Origin: Candidatus Hydrothermarchaeum profundi
GTDB taxonomy: Archaea; Hydrothermarchaeota; Hydrothermarchaeia; Hydrothermarchaeales; Hydrothermarchaeaceae
NCBI GenBank assembly: GCA_002011125.2
Contig: MTMF02000009.1
Coordinates: forward strand, 84,332-148,331
DNA: 64,000 nt
Reading direction: 5' to 3'
A model generated the notes under the pieces. It did not search any database and was not told the origin of the DNA. It worked only from the letters and a program-made list of their open reading frames with translations. This document shows, one piece after another, positions 59,293 to 64,000 of the stretch. Numbering within the stretch: position 1 is the first letter of the stretch; every line of letters starts with the position of its first letter. A program made the position numbers and the translations under genes.

Positions 59293-60693
59293 TTATTTCC
59301 TCCATCTCCATCTAGTACCCTCTGGAGTATCTTCTAAAATTATTCCTTTATCATAAAGCTCAGATCTAATTTTATCGGCCTTCGCATAATCTTTCCTACC
59401 CCTAGCCATCTCTCGCTCTTTTATCAATTTTTTAAATTCTAATGGTAACTCTTTTTTTTCAAGTCTCAATACTCCTAAAACCTCATTAAATTTAGACATA
59501 AGATTATAAACTTCTTCTAGATTTTCTTTAGAAACCCTGCCTTCTTTCATAACCCTATTCGTCTCTCTAACCAATTCAAAAAGCGTCACTAAAGCCTTTC
59601 TAATATTAAGGTCATCATCCATGTACTCCTCAAATTTTTTCTCTGCCTCCTTTACCTTTTTATGAAACTCTTCATTCCAAACTCCCAAAGGATTGGCTTT
59701 TTCTAATCTATCCATAAAATCTTCTAGACTAAGAACTGTATTCTTAGCCATCTCAAGGCCCCTGAAAGTGAAATTCAACTTCTGCCTATAGTGGGTTGAA
59801 ATGAGCAAATAGCGTATTGCCAGGGGATCATGCCCTCTCTCCAAGAGGTCCCTTAAGGTATAAAAATTACCGAGAGACTTAGACATTTTCTTATTCTCCA
59901 CCAAAAGATGCTCATTGTGCACCCAGTAATTCACAAATCTCCTACCGGTAGCTGCTTCAGACTGAGCGATCTCATTCTGATGGTGGGGAAATATCAAGTC
60001 TACACCGCCCGCATGAATATCCAAGGTTTCCCCTAAGTATTTCATGCTCATGGCAGAGCATTCAAGATGCCATCCGGGCCGTCCTTTCCCTAGCTCAGTG
60101 TCCCAGTATACTTCTCCGTCCTCCTCAGTATATGCTTTCCATAAAGCAAAGTCTTTTGCCTCGTCCTTGCCATATTCATCCGAGCTAACTCTAGCTCCTT
60201 CTTTTAACTCTTTGAGTTTTATCTGTGCAAGTTTCCCGTAGTCTTTAAATTTTGATATATCAAAATAGATAGAACCGTCTGAACCTCTATATGCATAACC
60301 CTTTTCTAACAGCTTTTTTACAAGAGCCACCATCTCAGGGATATGCTTGGTGGCCCTTGGATAGTACTCCACCCGCTCTATATTAAGAGTGTCAATATCC
60401 TCAAAAAAAGCCTTAATATAACGATCAGTAAATTCCTTTAAAGAAATCCCCTCTTCCCTAGACCTCTTTATAGTCTTATCATCAACATCAGTAAGATTCA
60501 TAACCTGCGTTACTTTGAAACCTTTATATTTGAGGTACCTTCTCAAAAGGTCTTGGAATACATAGGCCCTGAAGTTACCTATATGGGCATAGTCGTATAC
60601 CGTTGGTCCACAGGTGTAGATTTTTACTCTGCCTTCCTCCAGTGGGACAAACTTTTCCTTTCTCCTCGAAAGAGTATTGTAGATCTTTAACAT
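59293..60693 (-). CDS. cysS: Cysteine--tRNA ligase
   Basis: Class I HIGN (YAHIGNFRAY), KMSKS (KKMSKSLGN), and zinc/Cys-binding context CGPTVYD ... HLECS. Confidence 0.96.
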   Translation of the reverse strand: MLKIYNTLSRRKEKFVPLEEGRVKIYTCGPTVYDYAHIGNFRAYVFQDLLRRYLKYKGFKVTQVMNLTDVDDKTIKRSREEGISLKEFTDRYIKAFFEDIDTLNIERVEYYPRATKHIPEMVALVKKLLEKGYAYRGSDGSIYFDISKFKDYGKLAQIKLKELKEGARVSSDEYGKDEAKDFALWKAYTEEDGEVYWDTELGKGRPGWHLECSAMSMKYLGETLDIHAGGVDLIFPHHQNEIAQSEAATGRRFVNYWVHNEHLLVENKKMSKSLGNFYTLRDLLERGHDPLAIRYLLISTHYRQKLNFTFRGLEMAKNTVLSLEDFMDRLEKANPLGVWNEEFHKKVKEAEKKFEEYMDDDLNIRKALVTLFELVRETNRVMKEGRVSKENLEEVYNLMSKFNEVLGVLRLEKKELPLEFKKLIKEREMARGRKDYAKADKIRSELYDKGIILEDTPEGTRWRWRK

Positions 60694-61365
60694 GAAAGTA
60701 AATCTTAAATTCCCTTAAAATTTGTTTTCCTCAATTTCCTTCTGTTTGTCAAATACCCATAAGATCCTTTGACTCCAATTCATCTTGTCCCAGTCTTTAG
60801 GCATTTTTACATTTTCCATAGTCTCAAGGCATAATAATAGTGCTTATATAAACCTTTCCAATTGACTAGTTTTATAGAACCATTAACCAAATAAAAGACT
60901 CCTTTTCTCATTCAAAATGAAAAGATTTTGATAATAAAAGCCTTAATGCTAAAACCCAGAATTATTTTATATGACATTAAAAGCATGAAATCGGATATTA
61001 TTAATGGAGTGTTTTTGATCTATTTATTCTAATTCTGCACCTAGCTTGTTATTATACCTTACTTTTTCAAGCTCAAAAAGTCTCTCAACCCCTTTCAACT
61101 TTGTATCATCTAACTCCAAGCTCTGAATCACTCCTAGCTTAATTGGAGCAAAAATAGCATATAAGCATGAAACCTTTAGCCTCCTTTTGGCGTGAAATAT
61201 TTCATTTTTAGATTAAACTATATCGAAAGAAACCCAAGCTAAGATAAAATTAGAGAATACCTTTTAATATTTCGTTTACCCTTTTTATTGGTTATATTTA
61301 CCTAAGGATTATTTCTCCAAACCTCATATTTTTATATTTATTTACAAAAAAAAGAAGGGAGCACA

Positions 61366-63048
61366 ATGCCGGGAAAAAATAATAGCCAAAAAAAAGATGC
61401 TTGTAGAGAAATGTTTGAAGCCATAGTTGATAATATAAGTGAGGGTATTATGCTCATTGATACAGACTATACTATTAGAGAGGTAAACCCTGCGACATGT
61501 AAGATGCTTGAGCGCTCTAAGGATGAAATAATAGGAGAACCATGTTACAAAGTAAGCCATGGATTAAGCCAGCCTTGCTCAGAGAGGTGCCCACTAAGGA
61601 AAGTATTGCAAACCGGCAAGTCAGCAAAAGTGATACATGAACATTTTACTAAGGAGGGTTTTAAAATATATGTAGAGATAATTGCTTCCCCGATAAAAGA
61701 TAAAGAAGGCAAAGTTGCTCAAATAATACAGATTTCCAAAGATATAACAGAAGACATTGTAGTAAAACTAGAGTCTGATTTACTATCTAAGGTAAATGAT
61801 CTGCTAGATGCAGGAGTAAAAAGAGAGAAAGTCTTCAATATTATCACTCAAGGACTGACTTCCCTATTTGGATATAAGTTAGCAGCAATAAATCTATTGA
61901 GCGAGGACAAAAATTCACTGGTATGTAAGAGTATTTCATTGGACCCATACATAGTCGCAGAGATAGAAAGATTGACAGGGTTAAAGGCTGTAGGCTATAA
62001 GATACCCTTATTGGAAGGAAGTCCTCTAGCAAAAGTTGTAAAAACAAAAGAAGCAGTAATCGTTGATGATATTATTAAACTTATAAAGAGTCACACAAAG
62101 GAAAAGCACCTTAGAGCTCTTGCACCTATGATAAAGAAGCTTCTTGGAATAAAGTGGGGACTCGGAGTGCCTCTGCTTGCGGGAGACAAGCTAGTAGGAA
62201 GTATAGGCGTTGGAAGCGGATGGAAGCTTACCAAGCGAGATGCCGACCGCTTGGCCCGGTTTGGTAAACAAGCGGGCTTAGCTGTAGAAAGGGCAATGTT
62301 ATATGAAGACTTGGAAAAGGCTTATGAGGAGTTAAAAAGCTTGGACGAAATTAAAACCAATATTATTTCTAATGTGAGCCATGAACTCCGCACTCCACTC
62401 ACAATTGCAAAAGGGGCTATAGAGATAGCTGAAGAGGAAAATAACGAGGAAGAACGTAAAAAACTTCTTGCAATGGCCAAAGCTGCACTCATTAGGCAGA
62501 ATTCAGTTATAGGAGATTTAATGGACATCTCAAAAATTTCAAAAGGCTCTTTGAAACCTCAGATAAGAAAAGTTGATCTAAAGCTGGTAATTACTTCATC
62601 AGTAAAAGAGATGGAGCCTTTGGCTCTTAAAAAGAAAATAAAAATAAAGACCTCGCTGGAAGAGGGATTACCTGAAGTCGCTGCAGACTTTAAAGAACTT
62701 CGCCATGTTCTTATTAATCTCCTTAGCAATGCGATAAAGTTTAATAAAGAAGGAGGAAAAGTTCTAATTGAAGCGGAGAGAAAAGGAGAATTCGTTGAAG
62801 TATGTATTGCAGATACCGGCATAGGAATACCTCAAAAATACCTACCAAAGATCTTTGACAGATTCTATCAGATAGATTCGGGTGTTACTAGAAAGTATGG
62901 AGGTACCGGCTTAGGCTTAGCTATAGTTAAAGAAATCATAGAACTTTATGGAGGTCAAGTTAAAGTTGAAAGCGAAGTTGGGAAGGGAAGTAAGTTTACA
63001 TTTACAGTGCCGATGTGGAAGAAGGGGAATAGTACCATATGTAAGTAA
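61366..63048 (+). CDS. PAS-GAF sensor histidine kinase (cytoplasmic)
   Basis: PAS (FEAIVDNISEGIMLID), a GAF-like middle region, the H-box SNVSHELRTPLT, the N-box LLSNAIKFN, and G-boxes DTGIGI and GGTGLGLAIV. Confidence 0.9.
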   Translation: MPGKNNSQKKDACREMFEAIVDNISEGIMLIDTDYTIREVNPATCKMLERSKDEIIGEPCYKVSHGLSQPCSERCPLRKVLQTGKSAKVIHEHFTKEGFKIYVEIIASPIKDKEGKVAQIIQISKDITEDIVVKLESDLLSKVNDLLDAGVKREKVFNIITQGLTSLFGYKLAAINLLSEDKNSLVCKSISLDPYIVAEIERLTGLKAVGYKIPLLEGSPLAKVVKTKEAVIVDDIIKLIKSHTKEKHLRALAPMIKKLLGIKWGLGVPLLAGDKLVGSIGVGSGWKLTKRDADRLARFGKQAGLAVERAMLYEDLEKAYEELKSLDEIKTNIISNVSHELRTPLTIAKGAIEIAEEENNEEERKKLLAMAKAALIRQNSVIGDLMDISKISKGSLKPQIRKVDLKLVITSSVKEMEPLALKKKIKIKTSLEEGLPEVAADFKELRHVLINLLSNAIKFNKEGGKVLIEAERKGEFVEVCIADTGIGIPQKYLPKIFDRFYQIDSGVTRKYGGTGLGLAIVKEIIELYGGQVKVESEVGKGSKFTFTVPMWKKGNSTICK

Positions 63049-63208
63049 ATAGAAACAAAGATAACCTTATTTGATTATAATTTTGGTTTTCGCTACTTCA
63101 AGCCGAGGAGGGGCCGACCGTGGCCATGTCAGAAGCCTATGCTTTTCCTGTGTTTTCCTGGTATATAAACGTTAGGCTTTAATACCTATAAACCTATCTA
63201 TTCTTATC

Positions 63209-63361
63209 ATGGCTAAGGAAAAGACCTACACGGTTTATGAGAATAAGGGGCAGCTACGGGTGACTATACCGAGGGTGCTTGCCGATGCCTTGGGGATAAA
63301 GAAGGGCGACCAGGTGAGGTGGATAGTCGACAGAGGCGACCTAATTTTGCGCAAGGTATAG
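63209..63361 (+). CDS. AbrB/SpoVT/MazE-type swapped-hairpin small DNA-binding protein (antitoxin-like), 50 aa, not in the ORF track
   Basis: My translation: MAKEKTYTVYENKGQLRVTIPRVLADALGIKKGDQVRWIVDRGDLILRKV. The (R/K)VTIP...LG(I/L)KxGD pattern is characteristic. The gene is visibly more GC-rich than its surroundings. Confidence 0.6.
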   Translation: MAKEKTYTVYENKGQLRVTIPRVLADALGIKKGDQVRWIVDRGDLILRKV

Positions 63362-63535
63362 GTCATCTGAGATAAATGTCGAAGCCCTAAAGCCATTAAG
63401 ATGATCAAACATACTAAAATATAGAATCTACTTTATTTCATTTAACTTATGAAGAGGGTTTAGGAATGAATCTGGTAGTAATATCACTTTTTTCATGCTC
63501 TCGTTAAGTTTAAATATTAATATAGACTCATAAAA

Positions 63536-64000
63536 ATGACCGAGCCTATGACCCTTTTACAGAAAAAAACCCGTGAAGAAGTTATATCTGATCGCTTGCT
63601 TTTTATCTATTTGATTGATCAGGCTACAAAAAAGGGAAAAATTGAAGGTCAAAAGAAATTATTGAAACTTATTTTTTACTCCGAATATTTTATGTTAACT
63701 AGAGGTCTTAAGGGATTTAATTATAATTTTTTTAAATATATGAACGGTCCTTTTAGTAAAGAAGTTTATGCGGATAGAGATATATTGATTGAGAACGATG
63801 TTTTAGATGATCAAGAAGGCTTTAAATTAACTGAGAAAGGTAAAAAAATCCTCAAAGTTTTCAAACCTATTATTGAAAATAATAAACCCTTTAAGGAATT
63901 AATCGACTCTGTTGTCAACGAATTTGGAAAATTGAAGCCATGGCAGATAGAAGACTCCGCATATGACGTAAAGATTAATGGTATAAAGATCAGAGATTTG
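63536..64000 (+). CDS. Partial ORF running off the window end; possibly a Panacea/SocA (DUF4065)-like antitoxin domain
   Basis: Open from the ATG at 63536 through nt 64000 (155 codons, my translation MTEPMTLLQKKTREEVISDRLLFIYLIDQATKKGKIEGQKKLLKLIFYSEYFML...). The QKKLLKLIFYSEY segment resembles the KLxKLLY(F/Y) motif of that family. Confidence 0.35.
   Translation, partial: MTEPMTLLQKKTREEVISDRLLFIYLIDQATKKGKIEGQKKLLKLIFYSEYFMLTRGLKGFNYNFFKYMNGPFSKEVYADRDILIENDVLDDQEGFKLTEKGKKILKVFKPIIENNKPFKELIDSVVNEFGKLKPWQIEDSAYDVKINGIKIRDL

Noticed and set aside
1-64000. CRISPR arrays, rRNA and tRNA genes.
   Set aside because: I saw no regularly spaced direct repeats and no GC-rich cloverleaf-like or rRNA-like segments in the intergenic regions. 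This was inspection by eye only; tRNAscan/Infernal were not run.

Overview
AT-rich archaeal chromosomal segment, densely coded on both strands (about 70 genes). I recognised no rRNA, tRNA or CRISPR array. Archaeal identity rests on the conserved ftsZ-secE-spt5-rpl11-rpl1-P0-P1 cluster plus PAN, MBF1, Pth2, PurP, MptA, DtdA and a geranylgeranyl reductase. The window opens inside an IS4-family transposase, followed by a small accessory islet: RNase J-like, GIY-YIG, PD-(D/E)xK-like and an untracked RHH mini-gene. The middle is mostly housekeeping. The most unusual stretch is 37.9-47.4 kb on the minus strand. (i) A tightly packed five-gene nitric-oxide-reductase operon: a NorC fused to a second cytochrome c domain, NorB with the HLWVEG / GTGHHYYW / AHGHLAFFGAY metal-ligand motifs, a metal-binding cupin, a 38-aa zinc ribbon absent from the ORF track, and a 12-TM protein built from three tandem 4-TM repeats that each carry an HxH motif. 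(ii) An orphan dsrAB pair directly upstream of it. (iii) A class III RNR operon in which the glycyl-radical C-terminus of NrdD is a separate mini-ORF preceded by a Shine-Dalgarno sequence. Further along are a class II (B12) RNR coupled to cobO, sdhB-C-A with a single small anchor, a bona fide form III-type RuBisCO, cysS, a PAS-GAF histidine kinase, a GC-rich AbrB-like islet and a partial ORF running off the window end. All functional calls come from motif recognition by eye; no database search was run.
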